DNA of 64,000 bases from Candidatus Thalassarchaeum betae (GCA_003193925.1 PSPG01000004.1:110863-174862), one strand, 5' to 3'. Shown: positions 1 to 9,975, numbered from the stretch's first letter. Numbers and translations are program-made. The notes: generated by a model from the letters alone, not told the origin.

Positions 1-291
1 AGCATCCTCGGTGACCTGCTGAACAGAGGGCTGCATCCGCGTCCCGGATTCAAGTACGGGACGAGATGGAGGTGCTACGACCGCCCGATGGGCGAGGACC
101 ACGCACCTTGGCTGGTCGTCCATCCCGCTGAAGGCCCTGTCGATTGGGAGGGTGCTTGCTTGGCCTCAAGACTCGCATCTGGGGTCAACAAGACCTGGTT
201 GCATCCCCTGTTGGTGGAATCCGAATGGAGGTACCTATCGATTACGAGGCCACCAGCTGACTCTCGCTGGAACAACCCTCACAGAAGGTGA
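1..291 (+). CDS. endA: tRNA-splicing endonuclease, C-terminal catalytic domain (5' truncated by window)
   Basis: Frame 1 reads SILGDLLNRGLHPRPGFKYGTRWRCYDRPMGEDHAPWLV...RLASGVNK, matching the EndA GxKYG-Y..H..K catalytic pattern. Confidence 0.75.
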   Translation, partial: SILGDLLNRGLHPRPGFKYGTRWRCYDRPMGEDHAPWLVVHPAEGPVDWEGACLASRLASGVNKTWLHPLLVESEWRYLSITRPPADSRWNNPHRR

Positions 292-2277
292 CTATTCGGA
301 CGGAGGCGGTTTGAGAACGTCTGTTCGTCCGCCGCCCGCTATCGAAATTGCGACAAGCACGGAAATGACCAGCAGGCCATTTGATGGCTGTGCTAGCCAA
401 GCCAGCCAGCCATCCCCCGAGAACGGCGATTCAGCCTCGAGGAGCAACGGGATGCGCTGCTCTATGCCGCTGCTGTCTAACAAGACGAGTTCCCCGCGAG
501 CGAGCATCCCCGGCTCGAGCAACCCTGCTGGATCTATGTCGAGAGTTATCGAGTCGCCTGCGGACAAGGTTCCTTGCGTGGCGGCCGTGGCGATTCTCTC
601 GGCAGCTCCTTCCACAGCTATCGAGTAGGTGCGCTCACCATCCCCCTCGTATTCAGGGGTGACTTGGACGGTGGAGGGAGAGTCCCAAGCGACGATGATC
701 TCGAGCTGTGAGGTGGAAAGGCGATGGCCGACTCGGAACCAATCGAGGTCTATGTCCGTCAGAGCCTCGCCCTCGCATCCTATGGTGCCTCGCAGGTTGC
801 CATGATCGCTGGGGCCGTCCGGGCTATACAGAATCACTATCTCGTACTCGCCTGAGGGAATCTCAATGTAATCGGGCTGAATCTGCCCTCCGCTCTGCGT
901 CCACGATAGCGACACCTCCAATGTACATGGCTGAGAGGCTGTCACCTGAGCGTAGGATGACTCACCCGGAATGAGTTGGATGGGGTTGTGGGGAGTCAGG
1001 ACATCGACGCTTGACTGCCCCGAGGGCTGGATGGCCACAGTGGCACTGTCATCACCCAATGACTCGACTGTAGCAGTCCACTGAACCATTCTACCGCGGT
1101 TGTCCCGGATAATCATCCCACTATCTCCGAAAACTCCCCCCTCTGAGAACACGTCCCCTGGACTGCCGGTGTCCCTGCCTCTCTCGAGGGCTGCATCACC
1201 GTCGGCCTCGATGATCTTCACCCAAGCAGTGTCGGGGTCTGTGTTGACGAGGTTATCGAAGGAATTTCCGTTGTTCTCGTCCTGATGCTCGACTAGTATC
1301 CCGTGTCCCGGAAGGGCGGCATCGAACCCGGCATCCCCACGGAAGGTGACCCACAGGGTCTCTCCGGGAGCGAGTTCGATCGATAGGGGCCGACCACCGG
1401 CAGAAATCGGTGACATCTCAAAACTGCCCCCGACGAGGGGGTCGACTGCGGTGGAACGGTGAGCGCCTATCAGTTCGAGAGTGGCCGAACCGGGCAAAGC
1501 GGGAATGTTTCCGTTGCCGTTCCAGTTGCCGCTGGCCATTATGTCCCAGTCGCCCAGTCCGTTCCAATTGGAGGATGGCAGAACGCTGTGCACGTCGTAG
1601 AGGTCGAGCGCTCCCATCTGGTGGAGCATCTCGTGGACCACCGTACCGATGCCCGAGTCCAAAGATGCAATGGTGTAATGGTTCACCGACCAGTCATCGA
1701 AGGACAGAGGCTCATCCAGCCAAGACATGTGGCTCCAGAGTGTATTGGCACCTCCTCCGGTCTCCTGAGCCCTTCCTGAATGGAGGATCAGCAGCCTGTC
1801 TATCGCACCGTCCCCGTTGAAGTCCCACTTGGAGAGGTCTTGGCCCTCCAGCATCGCCTTGCAGGCCTCCTCGACGAGTGCGGTAGCTCCTATGTCACGC
1901 TCGTCGGAGCTGTCCGCACCCCAATGCCCCTCTGATTGGGGCGCGGTCCACACGTCACCGTACATGGTGACCATGAGGGTAGATGCTCCGCCGCTCATCT
2001 GCTCGATGTAGCTAGTCGCTGAGCCCTCGCCTAAGAGGATCGATTCAGCCTTGTTCTGGGAAAACGCCCTGTCAGGGAACTGGACCATGAGAACCAACCA
2101 CTGCTCATCGCTCTGCAACTCAACCAGATCGAACGATTCGTCCGTCGGTTCGGCTATCTCAGCCTCTATCCAATCGTCTATCACATCCGGATTGAGATTG
2201 GCCCAGACGCCCATCATCAGCACGGCTGCTACGATGGCTGCGCGTGCCGCGTTCATGGACCCACGTCCATGAATCAC
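292..2277 (-). CDS. Secreted/membrane-anchored M6 (immune inhibitor A-like) zinc metalloprotease
   Basis: HEMLHQMGALDLY zinc motif, DFNGDGAID, WDIMASGNWN; N-terminal signal and C-terminal TM; start may be M8. Confidence 0.85.
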   Translation of the reverse strand: MIHGRGSMNAARAAIVAAVLMMGVWANLNPDVIDDWIEAEIAEPTDESFDLVELQSDEQWLVLMVQFPDRAFSQNKAESILLGEGSATSYIEQMSGGASTLMVTMYGDVWTAPQSEGHWGADSSDERDIGATALVEEACKAMLEGQDLSKWDFNGDGAIDRLLILHSGRAQETGGGANTLWSHMSWLDEPLSFDDWSVNHYTIASLDSGIGTVVHEMLHQMGALDLYDVHSVLPSSNWNGLGDWDIMASGNWNGNGNIPALPGSATLELIGAHRSTAVDPLVGGSFEMSPISAGGRPLSIELAPGETLWVTFRGDAGFDAALPGHGILVEHQDENNGNSFDNLVNTDPDTAWVKIIEADGDAALERGRDTGSPGDVFSEGGVFGDSGMIIRDNRGRMVQWTATVESLGDDSATVAIQPSGQSSVDVLTPHNPIQLIPGESSYAQVTASQPCTLEVSLSWTQSGGQIQPDYIEIPSGEYEIVILYSPDGPSDHGNLRGTIGCEGEALTDIDLDWFRVGHRLSTSQLEIIVAWDSPSTVQVTPEYEGDGERTYSIAVEGAAERIATAATQGTLSAGDSITLDIDPAGLLEPGMLARGELVLLDSSGIEQRIPLLLEAESPFSGDGWLAWLAQPSNGLLVISVLVAISIAGGGRTDVLKPPPSE

Positions 2278-2281
2278 TCTT

Positions 2282-3406
2282 TCAATCCAATGCCGACAAG
2301 ATTGGCTGATGCATCAAATCGCGGATGGAAGAGGCACGCCATGCCTCGTCAGAAGATTCTGGAGCGTCCAGCCAGCCCAATCCGCCATATTCGCAGCCCA
2401 TGGAATCAAGCGAGGACCTGAGAGATGGAGGGAGGGGAGTCGCGTCGCATCCTGCGATGATAACATCCGAGAGTCTCTGATGCAGGACCAAGTCGGCCAA
2501 CGCATCCTGCTCCGTCGGCTCTAGACAGAGGGCCGAGCACCTGGGCGCGGCCACGCCCTCGTGAACGGTGCCTGATGGAAATCGTGGGCAAGCACCCTCG
2601 CAACCGCAGTCGATGAAGGCGACCCTGTGCACAGAGCCATCCGAGGCGATCATGTCCTCGACATCGAACCTCCTGCGACCGAGCGGGGCTTCTGGCAAGG
2701 TGCGGGAGATTGCGTCAGCCACCGCCATGGATATGGCGGCGACTAGCAGCCTCAGGCCCTCGTACTCGACTGGGAGAGTGAGCAGCAAGAGTCCTCCGAA
2801 GATCAGCAGTATACGCACCCTGAGCCTCGCCTCACCGTGCTCCACGAGACCCAGCAAGCGAGCCATAGACAGAGAGAGGGTGGCGAGCATGACGGTTACG
2901 AGTAGCCAGGAGAACCCCAGAGCCAGTCTGAACAGAGCGCTGGCGTCGTATCTGGCTCCAACCCCCTCCAGAGCGTCAGCAGCCTCAGTTGCCTCGATGA
3001 ACAGGGGAAGCAGGTAACCCCATGTCGCTAGGATCACCGCCGGGACCATGACCATACTCAGGCAAAGCAGGACTGAGAGCCAAGTGCGCTCACGGGGAAG
3101 CAGCCCTGGACGAGCGAATCGCTGCAACTGGAAAGACAGTACCGGCATCACAGTTAGGAGGGCGAGTAAGATGGCCAAGGACCAGCGTATCTCCAACCAC
3201 TCGAAGGGAGAGTACACAGACAGGTCGAGCGAGGCGGCGCCCAATGGAAGCGAGTTCAGCCACGCTCGCATCAGCGAGTCGGTGCCATACGCCCATGCGA
3301 TTGCTGCGATGGCAATCAGTATGGCGGATTTGCGTATTGAGCGATGCAACTCAGACAGATGCTCGGACAAGGGCCTACGCCTGTCGGAGGATACTGCGAG
3401 TGTCAT
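2282..3406 (-). CDS. tatC: TatC-like twin-arginine translocase subunit with Cys-rich C-terminal extension
   Basis: PLSEHLSELHRSIRK, SPFE, FARPGLLPRER, six hydrophobic segments; start reassigned to ATG 3406 just after the upstream stop. Confidence 0.75.
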   Translation of the reverse strand: MTLAVSSDRRRPLSEHLSELHRSIRKSAILIAIAAIAWAYGTDSLMRAWLNSLPLGAASLDLSVYSPFEWLEIRWSLAILLALLTVMPVLSFQLQRFARPGLLPRERTWLSVLLCLSMVMVPAVILATWGYLLPLFIEATEAADALEGVGARYDASALFRLALGFSWLLVTVMLATLSLSMARLLGLVEHGEARLRVRILLIFGGLLLLTLPVEYEGLRLLVAAISMAVADAISRTLPEAPLGRRRFDVEDMIASDGSVHRVAFIDCGCEGACPRFPSGTVHEGVAAPRCSALCLEPTEQDALADLVLHQRLSDVIIAGCDATPLPPSLRSSLDSMGCEYGGLGWLDAPESSDEAWRASSIRDLMHQPILSALD

Positions 3407-3407
3407 A

Positions 3408-4463
3408 TCAGAGGATGTCCTTGACCTGTGGCTCAGCTCTGGCTGCCAACACCGTCCTGTAGACGCCGTAAGCCGCCCAGACGCTGATGAAGAAGGCACA
3501 ACCGATTGCGAACCCGGTAATGTCGGAGGTCCTAGTCCCCTCCTCGACGATAGTGGCCGGAGGGAATGCTATGGAAACATCGGAGGCCATCCAGCGGACC
3601 CCGATGGCGAATGCTGCAATGCAGAGCAAGCCTCTTCGGATGGCCTGGGGATAAGCAAGTTCGTTTGCCAGGAACTCAGGACCGTCGTCGTAGCGTCGGT
3701 CGAGGATCTCCTTCTGCACCACAGCTCCGACTATCAGAGCCACAAGACTGGTCCAGTATAGCAGGTTGCCCTGCTCGAATATCCTCAGTGACAGCGCCGC
3801 TTGGCGGTCTGCCTCCTTCTGGGCGTCGGACTCCTCGATCAAGAACAGGGTGTCGTAGTCACCTACGGAGATGGTCCTAGTTTCGAGTGTTGCCGCATCG
3901 TCACCGGAAACTATGGATCCGGGCGGGCTGACAGTGAATGAGAGTAGGTTCCAGTAGTCGTTCTCGTCAGGCACCCCGGAGCCGTCAACTGAGTTGCCTG
4001 CCAACCAAAAGTTAACTCCGCCGACATCTTCAGCGGGCGCGGTCCAGTTCAGGAACCAGATGCCATCGGAGTCGATGCCGGACTGCGATATGTCATCAAG
4101 GGCATCATCTACCTCGCGAATGTCCTGATCATTGGCCCAAGTAAAGACCCCCATGCCCTCCGAAGAGAGAAGGAAACCTGCCTTTGTGTTGCCACTGCCG
4201 CCCGAAAGCGTCAGCGAGTCTGCAACGGTGATGGTGTACTGATAAGTCTCGTCGAGCCCATACATCACAGGGATGCCGGTGATCATTACCACCGATCTGT
4301 CCGAAGGGGCGCCGTTGTTGTGACAGGTGCAACCATACTTGACAGTCGGATCTCCGTTGTTGTTCTCGACAGGCGGTCCACCGGACATTGCCATGACGGG
4401 CAGGGCTAGCAATCCCAGCAGCACCAGGCAGATGGCCGCTTTATCCACAATCGACCGCATCAT
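3408..4463 (-). CDS. Reeler-like (choice-of-anchor V-type) membrane protein with CxCH motif
   Basis: Signal peptide, SGGPP..GCTCH, WTAP, FWLAGNSVDG, three C-terminal TMs; paralogue of 47857-48672. Confidence 0.6.
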   Translation of the reverse strand: MMRSIVDKAAICLVLLGLLALPVMAMSGGPPVENNNGDPTVKYGCTCHNNGAPSDRSVVMITGIPVMYGLDETYQYTITVADSLTLSGGSGNTKAGFLLSSEGMGVFTWANDQDIREVDDALDDISQSGIDSDGIWFLNWTAPAEDVGGVNFWLAGNSVDGSGVPDENDYWNLLSFTVSPPGSIVSGDDAATLETRTISVGDYDTLFLIEESDAQKEADRQAALSLRIFEQGNLLYWTSLVALIVGAVVQKEILDRRYDDGPEFLANELAYPQAIRRGLLCIAAFAIGVRWMASDVSIAFPPATIVEEGTRTSDITGFAIGCAFFISVWAAYGVYRTVLAARAEPQVKDIL

Positions 4464-4542
4464 GTCACCCGTACCTCTGTCAGATGCCGGAGTCTCATAA
4501 CCGTTGCTCGGTCGCATCCCCTAGAAAGGGGATGCGGCATCC

Positions 4543-5970
4543 TCACAGCTCCTTGATGGCCGAGTTGAGTTCGTTCATCATCTTCTTGCCGTCGCCGAAC
4601 AGCATCATCGTCTTCTCCATGTAGAACAAGTCGTTGTCAACTCCAGCGTACCCCACGGACAGGCTTCGCTTGATAATCACTACCACCCTGGCCTTGTCTA
4701 CGTCCAATATGGGCATCCCCGCCAGAGGGCCCTCACCCGTGCGAGCCACGGGATTCGTGGTGTCGTTGGCACCAATGACCAAGGCGACGTCGCAGTCAGT
4801 GAACTCCGAGTTGATGTCATCCATCTCGATCAGTTGCTCGTACGGGACGTTCGCCTCAGCCAGCAGGACGTTCATGTGACCGGGCATTCTGCCAGCGACC
4901 GGGTGGATGGCATAGGACACCTCGCAGTCAGCAGCCTCCATCATGTCGGCGAACTCCTTGACTGCGTGCTGGCTCTGACTGACCGCCATCCCGTAGCCCG
5001 GGACAACGATGACCTTCTGAGCCCCGTCCAGCACCATCGCGACCTCCTCGGGGTCGCTGCCTACCTTGGTGCGAGTCGGCTGATCCTTGTCGCCGGTCCC
5101 ACCGAACGCCTTGAAAAGGACTTCTCGCAGGGTCCTGTTCATCGCCTTGCACATGATGAATGTGAGTATCAGACCGGCTGCGCCGACCATCGAACCGGCG
5201 ATGATGAGGACGTTATTCCCAATCACGAAGCCAGTGAACGCAGCGGCGATTCCGGACAGCGAATTCAGCATACTTACTACTACAGGCATGTCGGCCCCGC
5301 CAATCGGGATGACGAAGAGGATGCCGAGCAGGCTGGAAAATCCCACTATGCCCCAGATGTAGGCCTTGTTTGAGGGCTCTTGGATGGTCATCCAGATAAG
5401 ATAAAGGGAGCCAATCAGAAGCAGGAGCTTCACGGCGTTGAGCCAAGGGGGGCCCCAAGTGGGGAATCTTAGCCACTTCTTGGTGAGAGGCACGACGAAA
5501 CCGCCCTTGAGCTTCATCATCGCGACCAGTGAGCCGGTGAGGGTCATCCATCCGACCAATCCCGACAGGCCGATGGCTACCCAGACGGCGTAGAGTTCGA
5601 CGCCGGGTTCCGGGACATTTCCCTCCTCGAGTCTACGCAGGACCTCGGACAGGGCTACGAGTGCTGACGCACCTCCTCCGAAGCCGTTGAACAGCGCCAC
5701 TAGCTCGGGCATTCCAGTCATCTCGATGCGAGTCGCCATCAGGGCACCGATCAGGGCCCCTATGGCCAGCCCCCCGACAATCAGCTCCCAGCCGATTATC
5801 CCCTCTGAGTACATCCTAGCCACTGTGACCAGTACAGCGAGGAACATACCCATTGCACCGATTCTGTTTCCCCGGGGGGCTGTCCTCGGACTGGAAAGCT
5901 GCTTGATCCCGAGGATGAAGAGGACGGCTGCCACCAGGTACCCGATATCCCACACCGCTGCGCTTACCAA
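4543..5970 (-). CDS. pntB: NAD(P) transhydrogenase beta subunit
   Basis: MPELVALFNGFGG, GGADMPVVVSMLNS, HPVAGRMPGHMNVLLAEA; TTG start. Confidence 0.97.
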   Translation of the reverse strand: MVSAAVWDIGYLVAAVLFILGIKQLSSPRTAPRGNRIGAMGMFLAVLVTVARMYSEGIIGWELIVGGLAIGALIGALMATRIEMTGMPELVALFNGFGGGASALVALSEVLRRLEEGNVPEPGVELYAVWVAIGLSGLVGWMTLTGSLVAMMKLKGGFVVPLTKKWLRFPTWGPPWLNAVKLLLLIGSLYLIWMTIQEPSNKAYIWGIVGFSSLLGILFVIPIGGADMPVVVSMLNSLSGIAAAFTGFVIGNNVLIIAGSMVGAAGLILTFIMCKAMNRTLREVLFKAFGGTGDKDQPTRTKVGSDPEEVAMVLDGAQKVIVVPGYGMAVSQSQHAVKEFADMMEAADCEVSYAIHPVAGRMPGHMNVLLAEANVPYEQLIEMDDINSEFTDCDVALVIGANDTTNPVARTGEGPLAGMPILDVDKARVVVIIKRSLSVGYAGVDNDLFYMEKTMMLFGDGKKMMNELNSAIKEL

Positions 5971-6291
5971 TCACCCACCACCCTTGCGTCTCTTACCGGC
6001 GATCATCTCCAGCATCCTGTTGGTGACCATGAAGCCGCCAACGGCGTTGATGGTGGCCATGACCAGTGCTGCGAAGGCCAACCAGGCTGCAGTTCCCGGA
6101 TCGCCGTCGTTGAAGGCGGTGTTGGACAGAATCAGAGCGCCGACGATGGTGATGCCGGAGATCGCGTTGGCACCGGACATCAACGGAGTGTGCAGAGTCG
6201 ATGGGACCTTGCTGATGAGCTCGAAGCCGAGGAAGATGGCCAGGACGAAGACGGTGATGCTTCCGACCAGTGCAGCGACAGTGAGGCTCAG
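5971..6291 (-). CDS. pntAB: NAD(P) transhydrogenase alpha subunit, membrane part (alpha2)
   Basis: FVLAIFLGFELISKVPSTLHTPLMSGANAISGI...NAVGGFMVTNRML; frame extended to a CTG overlapping the alpha1 stop. Confidence 0.9.
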   Translation of the reverse strand: MSLTVAALVGSITVFVLAIFLGFELISKVPSTLHTPLMSGANAISGITIVGALILSNTAFNDGDPGTAAWLAFAALVMATINAVGGFMVTNRMLEMIAGKRRKGGG

Positions 6292-7457
6292 TTGACCACC
6301 CCCGCCAGTCTGGACTGGTTCTCATGGATGACTCCGCCCATGCAGATTAGGACGCCACCCATCCCCGCCACGTAGAATTCGGAGCCCTCCGGGGCGCCGA
6401 CGATTACGTCGTCGTCCAAGTCGAGTCGCAGTTCACCCCCCTCGACGAGTGTGATGGCGAAGTTCGTCAGGTTGTTCGAGTACAGCATGCTCGCTGTGGA
6501 TGCGATCAACCCGGGCAGGTTCTCGATTCCGATGATTTTGATCCCGTGCTCAACCACGATCTTTCCAGGTCTGGTGAGCTCGCAGTTGCCGCCAACGTCA
6601 GCGTTCATGTCTACTATCACCGCGCCGTCCTTGAACGACTTGACTGCGCTAGTGGGTACAGTGATTGGGGCGGGGCGGCCAAAGATGCGAGCGGTGGTAA
6701 TGATGACATCAGCATTCTTGGCCACGTCGCAGACGGTATCGTTGACCCTCTGGATGAACTCGGGAGTCAGGGGCTTAGCGTATCCCGACTCGTCCTCGAA
6801 GTCGTCCATGCCCTCGACCTCGATGAAACGTCCTCCGACGGACTCGATCTCCTCGGCGGCCGACTTCCTGACATCGGATGCGTAGACGACGCCGCCGAGG
6901 CGCTTGGCAGTGGCGATGGCCTGCAGTCCTGCCACGCCGCTGCCCATGATGACGAACTTGGCGGGCTTGACGGTGCCCGCGCTCGTGGTCATCATAGGGA
7001 TGACCTTCGAGATATGGGCAGCTCCCATCAGCACTGCTTTGTAGCCGGCGAGGTTATCCTGACTGGAGTTAACGTCCATGGATTGGGCCCTAGAGAGCCT
7101 CCTGGGAATCATGTCCATGCTGAGCAGGGTGACTCCAGCAGCCATTGCTTCCCTCACGCGCTCTGGGTGCCTGAACGGGTCTGCGACGCAAGCCAGCATC
7201 TGGCCTGGGCTCATCGAAGATGCGTCTGGCATGTGGATGGCGACGAGCAGGTCGGCTGACATCACCTCGTCTCGTGATACGATCTTAGCGCCCTTGGACT
7301 CATATTTCGAGTCAGGGTAATTGGAGCGTACGCCAGCCCCCGACTGGACCAGTACCTCGAAGCCCTCCTTGCCCAGCTTCCTCAACGAATTCGGAACTAT
7401 CGCGACACGGTTCTCGCCATCCGGCTCCAGCAATACTCCGAGTCGCATTTCAGACAC
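6288..7457 (-). CDS. pntAA: NAD(P) transhydrogenase alpha subunit, NAD-binding domain I (alpha1)
   Basis: ENRVAIVP, RAQSMDVNSSQDNLAGYKAV, GSGVAGLQAIATAKRLG, SGYAK, GGNCELT. Confidence 0.95.
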   Translation of the reverse strand: MSEMRLGVLLEPDGENRVAIVPNSLRKLGKEGFEVLVQSGAGVRSNYPDSKYESKGAKIVSRDEVMSADLLVAIHMPDASSMSPGQMLACVADPFRHPERVREAMAAGVTLLSMDMIPRRLSRAQSMDVNSSQDNLAGYKAVLMGAAHISKVIPMMTTSAGTVKPAKFVIMGSGVAGLQAIATAKRLGGVVYASDVRKSAAEEIESVGGRFIEVEGMDDFEDESGYAKPLTPEFIQRVNDTVCDVAKNADVIITTARIFGRPAPITVPTSAVKSFKDGAVIVDMNADVGGNCELTRPGKIVVEHGIKIIGIENLPGLIASTASMLYSNNLTNFAITLVEGGELRLDLDDDVIVGAPEGSEFYVAGMGGVLICMGGVIHENQSRLAGVVN

Positions 7458-7654
7458 TTTCCAACTGGATGAGCCGTAGGCTCAACTTTCGACGGTTCTT
7501 TCGACTTGAGGGCGCTTATTGAAACCGTCGCCGAACCTTTCAGTCGAACAGCATCAGATTGCTGGCAGAACGCTGATTGCGATGCAGTACTTGCTAATTC
7601 ATGCATCACTAAGGCTAAGTCTGACACCGGCGGCGCTCAGACCGAGGTCGCTAC

Positions 7655-8593
7655 GTGTCGAGAGGCGCTAGGAAGGTCGCAGTGATCGGAGCGGGCAACG
7701 TGGGCGCTACCTGCGCATTCGTGCTCGCTCAGATGAATGTCGGTGAAATCGTGATGCTGGACATCTACGAGGGAGTTGCGAAGGGCAAGGCTCTCGACAT
7801 GAGCCAGGGCGGGCAGATCCTCAACTACGACGGTAAGATAACCGGTACCAAGGACTACATCGATATTGCCGGCGCCGATGTCGTGGTTGTCACCTCAGGC
7901 TTCCCGAGGCAGCCGGGCATGTCCAGAGAGGACCTGATCGGCAAGAACGCTGACATCATCTCCGAGGTCGGAGACGGAATCAAGGGGCACGCACCTGACT
8001 CGGTGATCGTGATGGTGACCAATCCACTAGACCTGATGACCTACCATATGCAGAGGGTCACGGGCTTCCCCCACCACCGAGTCGTCGGACAGGCAGGAAT
8101 CCTCGACTCGGCCAGAATGACCCACTTCGTCGCTCAGGAACTCGGTTGCAGCAACGAGGACGTGCAGGCGATGGTGCTCGGCGGGCACGGTGACACGATG
8201 GTGCCGCTGCCGCGATACACCACTGCAGGGGGCATCTCGATCACCCACCTGATGGAAGAGGAGACCATCGACGCCATCTGCGCGCGTACCGCCGCAGGCG
8301 GCGGCGAGATAGTCAAGCTCCTCGAGCACGGCAGTGCGTTCTACGCGCCCGGCAGTGCTGCCGCCATCATGGCAGAGTCTATCATCAACGACAGGAAGAG
8401 AATGCTGCCCTGCAGCGCCTACCTGACTGGCCAGTACGGCATGGAGGACATCTACATCGGCGTGCCGGTAATTCTGGGCAGCGGCGGAGTAGAGCGAGTT
8501 GTCGAGTTGAAGCTAGAAGATTCGGAATTGTCGAGCCTGCAGGGCTCGGGCGCCTTCTACAAGGAGCAACTGAGTCAGATACTCGGATACTGA
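7655..8593 (+). CDS. mdh: Malate dehydrogenase (LDH-like)
   Basis: GAGNVG, PRQPGMSREDL (Arg specificity residue), LDSAR, GGHGD. Confidence 0.93.
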   Translation: MSRGARKVAVIGAGNVGATCAFVLAQMNVGEIVMLDIYEGVAKGKALDMSQGGQILNYDGKITGTKDYIDIAGADVVVVTSGFPRQPGMSREDLIGKNADIISEVGDGIKGHAPDSVIVMVTNPLDLMTYHMQRVTGFPHHRVVGQAGILDSARMTHFVAQELGCSNEDVQAMVLGGHGDTMVPLPRYTTAGGISITHLMEEETIDAICARTAAGGGEIVKLLEHGSAFYAPGSAAAIMAESIINDRKRMLPCSAYLTGQYGMEDIYIGVPVILGSGGVERVVELKLEDSELSSLQGSGAFYKEQLSQILGY

Positions 8594-8614
8594 GTCCGCT
8601 GGATTCATTCGGAC

Positions 8615-9400
8615 GTGTCATCTGGGCAGGCCGTGGAACGACAGTGCGAGCACGTCCACCTGGAGCACGACGGCAAGCTGTTGCTCGTGGACATGGACGG
8701 CAGCGGTCCGGGCATCCCGAAGAAGGGACGCACCGAGTGGGACGGGGGCGAGTTCCTGCTGAGGCTGCCGACGCCCGACGAGGCTCGGTCGATGGGCCTG
8801 ACTTGGAAGGAGAGGAGGGTCAATCACTTCCGGCTCGGCACCGATGACCATCAAGTGACTGTGGCCACGCCCGATATCATGTGGCCGGAGCACTGGGCAT
8901 GGAAGGACGCGGTCATCAGCGACAGCGCGGTCGATCCGGTTGCTCGCGAGTCGGTCTACAGGACAATGCACAGGGTCGTCAGCAAGGTCGTCATCACTAA
9001 TCCGGACGGATGCATCCTGATGGCCAAGGTCACGAGGGGCTTCTTCACTGGCTGCTGGACGCTACCTGGCGGCTTCGTGGACTACGGCGAGCACCCACGC
9101 AAGGGTGCGGAGCGCGAAGCGCTGGAAGAACTGGGGATAAGCATCACGATCCCAGATCCCAAGGGGGAATCGGGAGAAGCGGTTTCGGGGGACGACGGCG
9201 CACTGATCCAAGAGGCGATATTCCTCCAGGACGGAATCAACTGGATCTCGTTCACCTATCGCTGCGAGGCCGATATCCCACCTGAAGACATAGTGCCGAA
9301 GGATGACGAAATCGAGGAAGCTCGCTGGTTCACGCCTGAGGAAGCGTTGGACAACGCGGTTTCTCTGTTCGACATCGAAGCGATACTGAGGATCAAATAA
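8615..9400 (+). CDS. NUDIX hydrolase
   Basis: Nudix box GGFVDYGEHPRKGAEREALEELG. Confidence 0.85.
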   Translation: MSSGQAVERQCEHVHLEHDGKLLLVDMDGSGPGIPKKGRTEWDGGEFLLRLPTPDEARSMGLTWKERRVNHFRLGTDDHQVTVATPDIMWPEHWAWKDAVISDSAVDPVARESVYRTMHRVVSKVVITNPDGCILMAKVTRGFFTGCWTLPGGFVDYGEHPRKGAEREALEELGISITIPDPKGESGEAVSGDDGALIQEAIFLQDGINWISFTYRCEADIPPEDIVPKDDEIEEARWFTPEEALDNAVSLFDIEAILRIK

Positions 9401-9419
9401 TTGCAGGCGGTCAATCAAG

Positions 9420-9497
9420 TGGTGGGCCCGCCAGGATTTGAACCTGGGTCTATTGGTCCCAAACCAACAAGCATAAGCCAGACTAACCCACGGGCCC
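9420..9497 (-). tRNA. tRNA-Pro(UGG), CCA encoded
   Basis: Reverse complement GGGCCCG...GTTGG-TTTGGGA-CCAAT...GTTCAAATC...CGGGCCCACCA forms a cloverleaf. Confidence 0.95.
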
Positions 9498-9534
9498 TGA
9501 TGTCGTTCCACATGAAGGGCTCGCATGAAGGTTA

Positions 9535-9975
9535 CTAGAGCCATGACCAACTGTCGGCACTAGCGCGGATGAGCACTCCACCCAACTCGGCCTGACCGAG
9601 TATCTGCTCTGCTGAGGGCTCGTCGATGCCCTCCTTCCCGAGTTCTCTGGACAACGACTTCAGCGTCAGCGTGCCATCACTCCCGGTCGATTGCCGCATG
9701 ATCCTCTTGATTACCTCCGGACCGCCTCTCGTCACCTCGGCCACGACACTTCGCCTGCTCTCCTCGGCGGCTGTGCGTGACTCAACCTCTTGGCTGATCT
9801 GACGAGGCAGGTTGGAGGCTGCCACAGCCTCGGCCAGCTGCTCGGTCGAGTGGAACTCCCTGAGGGTCTTGCCCGAACCTGAGGAGCCACAACGGGGGCA
9901 ATTGGCTATGGCGACCTTTCGAGCGCCGAAGGAGTTGCCGCACGAGCATTTGACTAGCACCCAAACCCGGTCCAC
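9535..9975 (-). CDS. Hypothetical zinc-ribbon protein
   Basis: KCSCG...CPRCG near the N-terminus, then a helical region; start set at GTG 9975 to avoid overlap with the opposite gene. Confidence 0.6.
   Translation of the reverse strand: MDRVWVLVKCSCGNSFGARKVAIANCPRCGSSGSGKTLREFHSTEQLAEAVAASNLPRQISQEVESRTAAEESRRSVVAEVTRGGPEVIKRIMRQSTGSDGTLTLKSLSRELGKEGIDEPSAEQILGQAELGGVLIRASADSWSWL

Noticed and set aside
7458-7654. Several short hairpins between pntA and mdh
   Set aside because: Stems of only 5-8 bp, not nested, no riboswitch signature; expected in GC-rich DNA
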